Part shown: piece by piece, positions 30,407 through 41,143 of the stretch
Layout of the letters: every line of letters begins with the position of its first letter
How positions within the stretch are numbered: the stretch's first letter is position 1
Source: an uncultured Alphaproteobacteria bacterium
Lineage (GTDB): Bacteria; Pseudomonadota; Alphaproteobacteria; MPNO01; UBA2964
Direction: 5' to 3'
Assembly (NCBI GenBank): GCA_951812775.1
Contig: OX638326.1
Span: 4,015,897-4,079,896, forward strand
Length of the DNA stretch: 64,000 bases
Position numbers and translations under genes: made by a program
Notes under the pieces: generated by a model
The model's input: only the letters and a program-made list of their open reading frames with translations
Told to the model about the DNA's origin: nothing
The model's database searches: none

Positions 30407-30647
30407 TAAAAAAAAGACTTGGGGATACAAGGAAGCTGCTAAGGAGGTGGTTGATAGCGATGCTTGGGATGGTACCCTTGGAATTTGGGGGGAGGAAATG
30501 ATTCAGGAGACGGCTATCAATCCATCATTTGCCATTGATACTGCGCAAAAAAATGTAGCTGCGCGAGTAAACATACACCTTCATCGACAAGCTTTTTATG
30601 GCGACAATATTCGTGGAATTGATTTGGATGAAGACTGGGTTGACTAG
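30407..30647 (+). pseudogene. Beta-family protein, 3' part beyond the IS
   Basis: Removing the IS and one target copy gives in-frame ...WHFARSKKKTWGYKEAAKEVVDSDAW...RVNIHLHRQ...DWVD*. Confidence 0.8.
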
Positions 30648-30693
30648 AAATTGTTATGGCTTGCGGCTTCCGCACTGTCTTTTTTACAAACCC

Positions 30694-31125
30694 CTAGACG
30701 TCATCTACAGACACAAGCGCCTCCTTCAATATCGCGCGTATTTCATCCGGCATATCTGTTGATTTTCGAGCTTCGAGGTCGAAGAAAACTTCAACCGCAT
30801 CCTGGGTTGCGATAAGCGTTCCGGTTTCGGCATTTGTCATGCGTTGCGTGTAAGTCAGGCTCTTATTGCCGAGCCGCGTGAACCCGCTTTTGACGATAAG
30901 CAGTTCACCGGCGTTTGCCTCGTGGACAAAATCGTTTGTCGTGCGCGCGACAACCACGCCAACACCGTGTTTCTTCATCGCGGCATGGGCGCCGTCAATC
31001 ATGTTCCATATATGGAAACCAGCATCGTCAAAGAAATGCCCATAGTAACGAACGTTCATGTGGCCGATGTGATCGCAATACCAGGTATGAACAACGGCCC
31101 GATGGGTTTCCATCCAGTCGGCCAT
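30694..31125 (-). CDS. Acyl-CoA thioesterase (4HBT/YbgC hot-dog fold)
   Basis: CDHIGHMNVRYY..FDDA; GNKS. Confidence 0.85.
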   Translation of the reverse strand: MADWMETHRAVVHTWYCDHIGHMNVRYYGHFFDDAGFHIWNMIDGAHAAMKKHGVGVVVARTTNDFVHEANAGELLIVKSGFTRLGNKSLTYTQRMTNAETGTLIATQDAVEVFFDLEARKSTDMPDEIRAILKEALVSVDDV

Positions 31126-31205
31126 AATCAATTCTCCATCAGTTTGTTTGTTGGCTCAGCATAGGACGGTGTGACATTCGATGGAATGCCGCTAACATTG
31201 GCGTC

Positions 31206-32183
31206 ATGAAAGCGGCAGTTATTGAACAGCAGGGCGGTGTAGAAAATATCGTCTATCGCGATTGGGAAGACCCGGAGCCGGGCCCGGACGATGTCGTCGT
31301 TCGCGTAAAAGCCTGCGGGCTAAACCATCTAGATATTTTTGTCCGGCGCGGGATGCCTGGATTTCCTGTGCCCATGCCGTTTATCTCCGGTGGCGATATT
31401 GCCGGCGACATCTGTGCGTTGGGCGGTAATGTCTCTGACTGGTCAGTGGGAGATCGGGTGACCCTTAATCCTGATACGCATGAAGGGATGATTGGCGAGC
31501 AATTAATCGGCGGGTTGGCGGAGATGGTACGTGTGCCGGCGCAGAATCTGGTCGCCCTGCCGGACAACCTTTCCTATGAGCAGGGGGCAGCCTTGCCCAT
31601 CAATTACGGGACAGCTCACCGGATGCTGTTTCATCGCGGACGACTGGCAGCAGGGGAAACAATGCTGGTGCTGGGCGCCAGTGGCGGCGTTGGGGTTGCC
31701 TGTTTGCAGTATGGCAAAATGGTCGGGGCAACTGTCATTGCCGCAGCCGGGTCAGCGGAAAAATGTGAGAAGCTGGATGAACTCGGGGCGGATCACACGA
31801 TCAACTATGCCGACGAAGATTTCAGCGCTGCGACCTGGAAACTATCCGGGAAGAAAGGTGTCGATGTTGTCGTCAACTTTACAGGTGGCGATACCTGGGT
31901 GCCGTGTCTAAGGACGGCGAAGCCTGGCGGACGAATCTTAACCTGCGGGGCGACAGCGGGGCATTCGCCCGAAACTGATCTACGCTATATCTGGGTCCGT
32001 GAACTGGATGTGCTTGGGTCGAATAGCTATAGCCAGGAAGATGTCGCGAGTTCCGTTGCCTACGCCGCCGAAGGAAAAATAGCGCCGGTTATAAGCCATG
32101 TTTTGCCGCTGGAGAAAACTGGTGAGGCGGAAATCCTGATGGAAGACCGAAACTTCTTTGGCAAAATTATTGTCTGCCCCTAG
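31206..32183 (+). CDS. MDR family NADPH:quinone oxidoreductase-like dehydrogenase
   Basis: GLNHLD, GASGGVG, GRILTCGAT, GKIIV. Confidence 0.88.
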   Translation: MKAAVIEQQGGVENIVYRDWEDPEPGPDDVVVRVKACGLNHLDIFVRRGMPGFPVPMPFISGGDIAGDICALGGNVSDWSVGDRVTLNPDTHEGMIGEQLIGGLAEMVRVPAQNLVALPDNLSYEQGAALPINYGTAHRMLFHRGRLAAGETMLVLGASGGVGVACLQYGKMVGATVIAAAGSAEKCEKLDELGADHTINYADEDFSAATWKLSGKKGVDVVVNFTGGDTWVPCLRTAKPGGRILTCGATAGHSPETDLRYIWVRELDVLGSNSYSQEDVASSVAYAAEGKIAPVISHVLPLEKTGEAEILMEDRNFFGKIIVCP

Positions 32184-33736
32184 GACATTTCTGCAGCAAT
32201 CGTGTCTTCAATAATTTTACGGGCAGCGGGGCGGTCGACCTTGCCCGTGCCGCCAACCGGGAGCGCATCGACGATTATGACTCGTCGCGGATGTGCATAA
32301 GCCGCGCCATGTTCCAACGTAAAAGCTTTAATAGAGTCTTCATCGCTGGTTGAATCCGGACGGATGGTGACAAGCGCGGCAGGCGCGAGACCTTTGACGT
32401 CATGTTCAATTGGCATAACGACGGCATCTATGATGTCGGGATGCTGGACCAGAAGAAGCTCGACTTCCTTGGGGTAGATGTTTTCACCGCCACAGGAAAA
32501 TTGATCATCAATGCGCCCCATAAAGAAGTAGAACCCGTCATCATCTTTGCGAAAGATGTCTCCGGTATGGAGCCAGCCGTCCGTCAGGCGTTCTTCGTTT
32601 AGGTCCGGACGGTTGTTATAGCCGGACAGCACGGCGGGTGACTTTACCCAGAACTCGCCATGGCGATCATTCTCCTGGCCGTTCTCATCGACCATTTTGA
32701 CATCGACTTCAGGAGCAGGGACGCCACAACTACCGCGGGGAACCTCTCGACCATCGAGAGGGCTGCGCAACGGGCCGCCACCTTCAGTGAGTCCGTAGGC
32801 TTCCTCGACATCTGCGCCAAAGGCTTTTTCGACAGCATTCAACAATTCGGCTCCAACCACCGCTGACCCCATTTCAAGACATTCCAGTTTTGGAAACTTT
32901 AAGGTGCCGAGAAGTTCTTCTTCTGCCAGCATCATGCGATACATGGCCGGGACTCCGCCGGTATCCGTACAGCTATAATCAGCGAGTGCCTGCAGCATCA
33001 TACGCGGTTCAAAGCGGGGTAATATCACTGCAGACGCTCCGGCGTAGAGCTTGGGCTTGATGGAAACCCGCATTGCGTTTTTATGAAAGAGAGGTCCGGC
33101 AACCAAAGTACGGTCTGTCGGTTTGCAGGGCCAGTATTGTTGGGCAGTCCTGATCCCCCACAACATACCTTCGTGCGTCAGGAGCACGCCTTTGGAGCGA
33201 CCGGTTGAGCCGGATGTATAGGGAAGGAACGCGATTTGATCCGTTTCTACGGCAATTGGCGTGAACGCTTTTTCATCCGCATTGGCGATCGCCTTATCGT
33301 AGTCACACCAGCCAGGTGGCGTAGGGTGGACGGCAATTAAAGTGTTGAGCGCTTGTTGTTCGACGATGTCGACGATCTGCGGGTGGCAGTCGGGTTCAAC
33401 AATGGCGCCAGAACATCCGGCATCTTTTATAATAAATTCAATTGTATCTGCACCGAGCTTAATATTAAGCGGTATGGGAATAATCCCGGCGCGCATAGCG
33501 CCAAAGAAAACTTCAATAAATTCAGAACGATTACCCATCGCGAGGAGTAGTCGGTCCCCCGGCTTCATCCCAAGGGTCGTTAGGATCGTCGCCACGGTCT
33601 CCATTCGGTGATTCAATTCACCGTGCGTGATGAGATGATCTGGCATCCGTGATAAATCGATTATTGCTGTTTTATCGGGGTACGCGATTGCCGCCGCGCG
33701 ATTGAAGTAGCCCAGGTTTTTGTCGCGAATATCCAT
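32180..33736 (-). CDS. Class I adenylate-forming enzyme (acyl-CoA ligase)
   Basis: YTSGSTGRSKG, YGLTE, TGD, GGENIYP, GKVDR. Confidence 0.9.
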   Translation of the reverse strand: MDIRDKNLGYFNRAAAIAYPDKTAIIDLSRMPDHLITHGELNHRMETVATILTTLGMKPGDRLLLAMGNRSEFIEVFFGAMRAGIIPIPLNIKLGADTIEFIIKDAGCSGAIVEPDCHPQIVDIVEQQALNTLIAVHPTPPGWCDYDKAIANADEKAFTPIAVETDQIAFLPYTSGSTGRSKGVLLTHEGMLWGIRTAQQYWPCKPTDRTLVAGPLFHKNAMRVSIKPKLYAGASAVILPRFEPRMMLQALADYSCTDTGGVPAMYRMMLAEEELLGTLKFPKLECLEMGSAVVGAELLNAVEKAFGADVEEAYGLTEGGGPLRSPLDGREVPRGSCGVPAPEVDVKMVDENGQENDRHGEFWVKSPAVLSGYNNRPDLNEERLTDGWLHTGDIFRKDDDGFYFFMGRIDDQFSCGGENIYPKEVELLLVQHPDIIDAVVMPIEHDVKGLAPAALVTIRPDSTSDEDSIKAFTLEHGAAYAHPRRVIIVDALPVGGTGKVDRPAARKIIEDTIAAEMS

Positions 33737-33891
33737 GGTGTTAGACCTTAGAGCCAAGAATTCGTAGTGCAAAGGGTAAGGCATTCCTGTAATGCGTGTC
33801 ACAGATGTATGGGTCGCACGTTAAGCGGGTTTTAATTGTTGCGCGAGTACAACGTTACATTAGTAAAACGGATTTTCTCGTGAGTTGTATC

Positions 33892-36800
33892 ATGCTTTCA
33901 GAAGGTACCAAACAGATTAAGGAGAAGTCGTGGTGGCAGCCCTCGGATGGTCGCATCGGCTCCGCGCTGTTCGCCATTCTTCTGTTTTGTCTCACAACGC
34001 TGTATTTCAGCCTTAATCAAGCAGAAAAGTATTTGTTTCGTTCAGAAGCCAGTGAAGTTGGGTCGACCGTTGTTGTGAACCTCCTGACCGGACTTCCCAA
34101 GCTTGACAGTATACTCAAAGATCGCGATCCCCGCGAAGCGGAAATCAAAAAGATTGAGGAAATTATCGGTATCACCGGGGTGGAAGGGCTCAGGTTAATC
34201 GACCCGCAGGGGTCAGTCGTCTTTGAGCCGATTGATCTTCCCATTTCCGGGCAAAAAGACAGCAAGGTGTATGCCCAGGAAATTAATCGAAGAGAAGTTC
34301 TCGTAAATATTTCCCACGGCTTGATCCAGAACGCGGTCATCGGCACAGCGCTGGTGCCGGTTTATGACAATGGTTCTGTGGCCGGCGGGGCGGAAATCTT
34401 TTTGAATATGACGCGCCGCCATAAAGAACTGCAAATGGTCATGACCGTTGCCTTTGTTGGGGTTGGCTCTTTCCTGATCCTGATAGCCCTGGCGATTGGA
34501 ACTGTTTTTCGTCGTCACTCTCAAGCACATAGAAATTTTGTTGCGGCTTTACGTGAAGGTGAGGAGCGCTATCGGAAACTTATCGAGTACTCTCCCGACG
34601 CTATTCGTGTCATCGTCGATGAGAAGATTGCTTTTGTGAATCCTGCGGCCGTTGAGCTGTTCGGTGCCAGTGATGAAAGCGACCTGATCGGTATGGAAGG
34701 AAAGTCGTTTGTTCCCAAAAGTTTGGAAGACGACCAGAACGCTCCCCGAAACCTGGTAAGGCGACAGACCGCGACAGATAAGGCGATGCCTTGGACCGAA
34801 ACGCAGCGAGAGAGACTCGACGGTTCAGTTATCGATGTCGAGGCGTGCGCCCTTCGTTTTAGTTGGGACGGCAAACCCGCGCGGTTGGCTATGGCGCGGG
34901 ATATCGGCGAGCGCAAACGCGCTGAAAGGGCCCTCGCGGATATCTCGAAACATAATGAATTGCTGCTGGCCTCTGTTGCAGAGGGAATTTTCGGGCTCGA
35001 CCTGAATGGCTGTATTACCTTTGCCAACCCGGCGGCAGGAAGATTGTTGGGGTAGGACCTGGCAAATATTATTAGCAAAAAATTCAAAGATGTTGATCCG
35101 ATTCTAGCTCACAGTTCTGATGAGACAGACTCTCCAATTTTACGGGTGCTACGCACCGGCGAAGAGCTTCAGATTCCCAGTGAAACGATGTGGCATTCCA
35201 ACGGCACGTCCTTTCCTGCGGCCTACAATGTAAGGCCAATTCGTCACGAAGACGGTAGCATTGAAGGTGCAGTTGTGACGTTTCGGGACATCTCAAAACG
35301 AAAAAAGGATGAAGAAAACCTCCGTCAAAGCGAGGCCAGGGTATCATTGGCGCGTCAACAGCTGCTTGATGCTATTGAAGCAATTAATGACGGATTCGCT
35401 CTTTATGACTCTGAAGACCGTTTCGTCCTCGCAAATTCAACCTATCGGGAGATGTATCCGAGATCCGCGCATTTGATGGCACCTGGCACCAGGTTTGAAG
35501 AAGTTCTTCGGTTTGGAACCGACAATGGTGAAAACCTTGCTGTGCAGGCGGATCCAGCAATGCGCGACAAGAAAATTGCGTCGGTGTTGGAAATTCATTG
35601 TAATCCGGGTCATATCCTTGAACGTTATTTGAGTGATGGGCGTTGGATAAGAATGGCGGCTCATCGCACGAGCGATGGCGGGGTGGTTAGCACTCGTACT
35701 GATATCACGGACCTGAAACTGCGAGAGGCTGAGCTGGAGAAAGACACGGCGATAACCGAACTGCTTAACAGCGTCGCTGTGAATGCCAATCAATCGTTGA
35801 CGTTCAGAGAGGCATTACAAAAAACGGTCAGGGATATTTGCGAAGCGATCAATTGGCCGTTGGGACATGTTTTAGTGTCGTCAGCGAGTGGTGATGGAAC
35901 CTATGAATCATCGCGTATCTGGCATTTTGACGATCCTGAAGAATTGGCTGATTTCCGAAATTGGATGGAGACGGTCAGCCTCAATAGCAGTTCCGGGTTG
36001 ATTGGACTTTCGAAACAAAGACGTACGCCGATATGGGCCAAGAACGTGCATTTGCCGACGTCACCAATCCATATGCCACAGGCGGCAGGGAAGGGTATCC
36101 TGACTGCCTTCGCGGTTCCAATTCTTGTGCAGGATGAAGTTGTCGCCATCGTCAGTGCGATGACGCGGGAGGACAAGGAGCAAGACGAAAACCTCTTAAA
36201 AGCATTGTCACAGGTTGGGCGCGTGCTCGAACGACAGGAAGCCAATGAAGCTCTAAAACAGGCCACAGCGGAAGCGGAAACCGCAGCTCTGCATGCAGAA
36301 GCCGCTTCTATAAAGGCCGAGGAAGCGAGCGCTGCAAAAAGCGAATTCCTCGCGACCATGAGCCACGAGATACGAACGCCTCTCAATGCTGTCCTCGGTA
36401 TAGCCGGTATTCTGATGGAGTCGGAACTCGATGAAGAGCAGCGAATGCAAGCCAGGACCATCAAAGTCGTTGGTGAGGCTTTGCTTGATGTTATCAATGA
36501 TGTTCTGGATTATTCAAAGATTGAAGTGGGGCGTCTTGATCTCGAAATTGTGGATTTCGAAGTCCTGGGTCTGGTTGGTACGGTAAAAACGGTTTGGGAC
36601 CCTCAGGTTTCCGGAAAGGGCCTGGAACTTTCAATCAACGTTGCGCCCGATGTCGCGCCGGTCGTCAGGGGTGACCCCACTCGCTTGCGACAAATTGTTT
36701 TCAATCTTGTCGGGAATGCTTTGAAATTTACAGAAGCCGGTTCGATCAAGGTCAATATCGCTCAGGCAACATTGCCTGATCGGTTGTTGGAGCTTCAATT

Positions 36801-37610
36801 TGAGGTAGTGGATACTGGAATCGGAATTCCACACGATAAGCTAGGTTTATTGTTTGAGAAGTTCACGCAAGCTGATGGATCAACGACCAGAAAATATGGT
36901 GGGACTGGACTTGGCTTGGCCATTTCGTAACAGCTAGTCACATTGATGAATGGCGAAATAGGAGTCGAAAGCACGGTTGGTGCCGGAACGAGATTCTATT
37001 TTACCGTAAGATGTGAAGTAGGTGACGCCCAAAACGTGACAGGCTTGGATAGTGAGATACCCAATAGTTCCACGTTACCGTTGGAAACGGATCATAAACT
37101 CAAAATTTTGGTCGCAGAAGACAACGCTGTAAATCAGTTGGTTATTCGGACCATGTTGGAAAAGGCAGGCCATGAATTAGAGGTTGTTGAAAATGGTGCC
37201 CTTGCCTTGGAAGCCGTTCAAGCAACCTCCTATGACCTGGTGCTTATGGATGTGAATATGCCGGAGATGGATGGCATTACGGCTACGAAACATATTCGCG
37301 CTTTGAAAGGTCCAGCCCGCGAGATTCCCATTGTCGCCTTAACAGCAAATGCGCTGAATGGTGATCGCGAACGTATGCTGGATGCTGGCATGTCGGACTA
37401 TGTTGCGAAACCTATTGAGCCAGCCAGGCTCGCTGCTGCAATGGCACGGCAATGTGACATCGATGCTCAGTTGGACAGTGTCGTGAGTAACGAGGATTCG
37501 GAACCCCAGGAACTCACAGAGGACCAATTGAAAGCGTTTGATGATCTAAGCGTTTGATGATCTAAGCGTTTGATGATCTAAACGACTCCCTCGACAAATT
37601 ATTGAATTAA
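33892..37610 (+). pseudogene. Hybrid PAS/GAF sensor histidine kinase-receiver, disrupted
   Basis: One frame broken by TAG (35053-35055) and TAA (36928-36930, GLAIS*QLV); MSHEIRTP H-box, REC domain MDVNMP; 16-bp triplication near the end. Confidence 0.85.
37533..37580. repeat. 16-bp tandem triplication
   Basis: AGCGTTTGATGATCTA x3. Confidence 0.95.
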
Positions 37611-37634
37611 GCCTCACGTGTTACGGAGATAGCT

Positions 37635-38090
37635 ATGCAGAATATGTTAAAAGCAAAGGTCGCAGCGAATAAGGTTTCGTAAGCAGACCTCGTCCGAAGA
37701 CTCGAAGAGGCAGATGCAAACATCGCAGCCGCGGCGGATGGTTTCGAAGAGTGGGCTTTGGCCGATATCGTTTCGGCCACTCAAAAGATCGACAATGAGA
37801 AAATGGAAATAAAGAAGAAGATTCGAGAGGTATTTCGGGTTGTTCATGACATTAAGGGGCAAGGGTCTACATTCGGATATCCAAGCGTTACCGAAATAGC
37901 GTCAATCCTGTGTGACTTTATGCGGGAAGGGAAAGTCTCGATGTCGCCCAAGCAGGCTCAAGTCATCAAACTCCATTTAGGCGCCCTTCGACTGGTTCTT
38001 GATCAAAAATTAAAGGGCGAAAGCGAAGCCGCAAAAAATCTCGTCAAGAAGCTCTCGGTCACAGCGGCAACAGTACCACCTTTGCGCTAA
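37635..38090 (+). pseudogene. Hpt-domain phosphotransfer protein with premature stop
   Basis: HDIKGQGSTFGYP; ATG 37635 after GGAG, in-frame TAA at 37680-37682. Confidence 0.75.
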
Positions 38091-38318
38091 ACATTTCCGG
38101 ATAAGTTTCTACCTTCCAGAGGTTAAGGCGGCTGTAAAACTCTCCGGTGAAGCGGATTGATTCTATCATCGCTTCGACAACAATTTCGCCTTCCGTATGC
38201 AGCCAATTCCAATAAAGACTACGATCGCAAAATATAGGCATTCGCGGTTTTGCGCGGATTTTGGTAACTGTGTATCTTCGACGATTTAGACGTCGGGACG
38301 GTGAGGCTGTAGGAGAGT

Positions 38319-39104
38319 GTGATGAGCAACCCTGTTAAAGCGTTGCTGGCGACCGATCAAACCGCATTGTGTTTGTGTATTCGCATGGCTCGTACGGTTG
38401 ATGTTGGTGCTATAGCTGCTGCTGCAGGCTTTAACGCCTTATATGTGGATATGGAACATAGTCCGATATCTGCAGACGAGACATCAGCGATTTGTATGTC
38501 AGCCCCCGGGTTTGGGGTGATCCCGTTTGTTCGTGTCCCTCAGGATGATCTCGGTCTTGCCTCCAGGCTTCTCGATGGCGGCGCTTACGGCATTATCTTT
38601 CCGCATGTAGAAACCGAAGAGCAAGCGCGGAAGGTCGCCGGAGCCTGTCTGTTTCCGCCGCGCGGATACCGTTCGGCTGTTGGGTCCACTATTCATCTTG
38701 GGTTTGAAGGACTGTCCCAAAGTGAAGCCGGTTTGCGCCTGGATGAGCTTACAACTACGACCGTCATGATCGAAACTGAGCTGGGCGTTAAGAACGCCAG
38801 TGCAATTGCCGCAGTCGATGGCGTTGATATGGTCATGGTCGGTACGGCAGATCTCTCTGCGACAATGGGTAAGGCAGGCGCTTTGGATAGCGCTGAGATT
38901 ATCAAAGCGTGTGAAAAGGTGGCGGCAGCTTGTCACGAGCACGGAAAGACATTTGCTCTGGGCGGGGTTAGAAATAATCCACAGTTGGCGGCAGATTATG
39001 CCGCAATGGGCGCCCGGTTTATTATCGCCGGCATGGATGCGGCATATATGCAGCAATCAGCAGAAGCGGATGTGATGGCAATTCGGAAAGCGATAAAGGG
39101 TTAA
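38319..39104 (+). CDS. HpcH/HpaI aldolase family protein
   Basis: DMEHS, VRVP, LDGGA, MIET, GTADL. Confidence 0.88.
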   Translation: MMSNPVKALLATDQTALCLCIRMARTVDVGAIAAAAGFNALYVDMEHSPISADETSAICMSAPGFGVIPFVRVPQDDLGLASRLLDGGAYGIIFPHVETEEQARKVAGACLFPPRGYRSAVGSTIHLGFEGLSQSEAGLRLDELTTTTVMIETELGVKNASAIAAVDGVDMVMVGTADLSATMGKAGALDSAEIIKACEKVAAACHEHGKTFALGGVRNNPQLAADYAAMGARFIIAGMDAAYMQQSAEADVMAIRKAIKG

Positions 39105-40010
39105 TTAGCCCGGTAATTGAAACCAGTCGGGCTGGGTGGCCTGAAGTGGTATCTCGTCGGCGATGAGGTTGCTCTCGCCAGCCGCAACTTGTTCAATTGC
39201 TTCAAGGCGGATCATCGCTAGTCCTGAATTAGGACCAACGGAAAAAACCTGTCCCGTGGTTTTGTTCTGATCAAGCACATCTGCGCCGGCTTCGGGAGAA
39301 CCATCTTCAAAATGAATTGGGACAAGACGTTTTTTTACGAGATTTCGAATTTTCATCCGTGTTGTTACTTCCTGTCCGACATAACAACCCTTATCGAATG
39401 AGATCGCGTTGAGTTCGTCAAAACCCATTTCCAATGGAAATGCCTGTTTTAAAACTTCGCCATCGTTGCCATCTGGAACACCAACCGAATGTTGTAAAAA
39501 TTTGTAATTTTCCAAAGGTTGCTCCGCCAATTCTGTTTTCTCTTCGAACTCAGCTGAGGATGCAGCCGGTATAATTGCTCTTATCCCCAATTCAGCTAGC
39601 CTTGGATCAATGAAAACGATGCCGCCACCGAACAGGTTTGCTTTGCCGGGTATGGCGTCCAATCCAAATTCATTCAGATCGTCATGATTAACAATCGACA
39701 AAACCCTGTGCTGCTCGCTTTGATCATCAATTTCGACGTCAGCCCGCAGGCGATACATTTTCAATCGTTTAGTGAGCTCCGCTGTTTGGGAGATCGGGCA
39801 GTCTATTAAATATCTGTCTTTGGCTTTTGTGACAAAGAAGTCGTGCAGGTATTTTCCCTGCGGTGTCAGAATGGCGGCATATATGGCTTTAGTGCTTGAG
39901 ACTTTCTCCATATCGTTCGTGACGATTCCCTGCAGGAAAGCCAAACTGTCGGCGCCAGATACCGAAAGAATTGCTCTGTCGGTTAGAGGTGTGTAATGAG
40001 CGTCATTCAT
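39105..40010 (-). CDS. ygfZ: Folate-binding Fe-S cluster repair protein YgfZ
   Basis: FLQGIVTND, LTPQGK, KGCYVGQE. Confidence 0.93.
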   Translation of the reverse strand: MNDAHYTPLTDRAILSVSGADSLAFLQGIVTNDMEKVSSTKAIYAAILTPQGKYLHDFFVTKAKDRYLIDCPISQTAELTKRLKMYRLRADVEIDDQSEQHRVLSIVNHDDLNEFGLDAIPGKANLFGGGIVFIDPRLAELGIRAIIPAASSAEFEEKTELAEQPLENYKFLQHSVGVPDGNDGEVLKQAFPLEMGFDELNAISFDKGCYVGQEVTTRMKIRNLVKKRLVPIHFEDGSPEAGADVLDQNKTTGQVFSVGPNSGLAMIRLEAIEQVAAGESNLIADEIPLQATQPDWFQLPG

Positions 40011-40171
40011 CTTCGTATGTACCTTGGGCTGATTAGAAGCCTTTTAAAGGGTTTTCTCATTTCCAATGGTGGTGTCAGCACGATTGATTAGCAAGTGTCG
40101 ATGGCAAGAAACAGGACATCTTACAGCAGGAACAGAGATTTGTCGTCGTTGATAAGAAACCCGGCTAGATT

Positions 40172-41143
40172 ATGAAAATCCTATTCGTAACTTCAACGCG
40201 GATTGGTGACGCAGTCCTTTCCACCTGTTTATTGAAGCATCTCGTCGATTCATATCCTCAGGCTTCCATTACCGTTGCCTGTGGTCCTTTGCCTGCCTCG
40301 TTGTTTGAAGCTGTGCCTGGGGTCGCGCGGGTAATACCGTTACGGAAACAGCCATTTGCCGGTCATTGGATGTTATTGTGGTCAAAAGTGATGGGGACGT
40401 CTTGGGATATCGTCGTCGACTTGCGCGCATCAGCGCTGGCATGGACATTGCGGGCGCGACAAAGAAAAACATTAAAAACTAGTGATAAAGGGGACAGTGT
40501 CCATCGCGTCGAAGAGCTCAGTAGATTTTTTGATCTACCGTCGCCTGCTGATCCAAAGCTGTGGTTGTCGGAAACTGCAGAGCGTAGAGCAGCGTCTATT
40601 TTTCCGGAAAATACACCTGTTATTGGATTGGGTGTCACGGCCAACTGGTTACCGAAAATCTGGCCGGCGCAGAACTTTGTTGATTTGGCGGAGCGGTTAA
40701 CCAGCTCGGCTGGCAAATTCGCTTCTGCTCAGATTGCGGTATTTGGGGCGAAAGAAGAGCGCGCGCTTGCACAACCGGTTCTTGATGGGCTTCCCACAAA
40801 CCATTGCATCGATTTAGTGGGGCAAAGTGAACTTCCAACTATTGCCGCCTGCTTGGCAAGATGCGCAATTTTTATCGGTAATGATTCAGGCCTTATGCAT
40901 ATGGCCGCGGCGGTTAAGACACCAACGGTAGGCCTGTTCGGGCCTAGCCCCGCACTCCGATATGCTCCGTGGGGCGCACATTGTGTCGCAGTGGAATCTT
41001 CTGAGAGTTATACGTATCTGGTTAATGCGCCCAATTTTGATCACCGGGCGACCGAAAACCTGATGGCGGGACTGTCAGTTGACGCTGTCGAACAAGCCGC
41101 TCTTGGTCTGTGCGCGAGAATTGCGGAGACCAGCAATGGCTGA
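40172..41143 (+). CDS. Glycosyltransferase family 9 (heptosyltransferase-like)
   Basis: RIGDAVL, GNDSGLMHMAAA, GLFGP. Confidence 0.9.
   Translation: MKILFVTSTRIGDAVLSTCLLKHLVDSYPQASITVACGPLPASLFEAVPGVARVIPLRKQPFAGHWMLLWSKVMGTSWDIVVDLRASALAWTLRARQRKTLKTSDKGDSVHRVEELSRFFDLPSPADPKLWLSETAERRAASIFPENTPVIGLGVTANWLPKIWPAQNFVDLAERLTSSAGKFASAQIAVFGAKEERALAQPVLDGLPTNHCIDLVGQSELPTIAACLARCAIFIGNDSGLMHMAAAVKTPTVGLFGPSPALRYAPWGAHCVAVESSESYTYLVNAPNFDHRATENLMAGLSVDAVEQAALGLCARIAETSNG

Noticed and set aside
25820-30647. Prophage or ICE because of ImmA
   Set aside because: No integrase, repressor, structural or conjugation genes, and no att repeats seen
35053-37682. Stop-codon reassignment or readthrough explaining in-frame stops
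   Set aside because: Both TAG and TAA occur, at positions expecting different residues, and both end intact genes elsewhere; frameshifts co-occur in other genes
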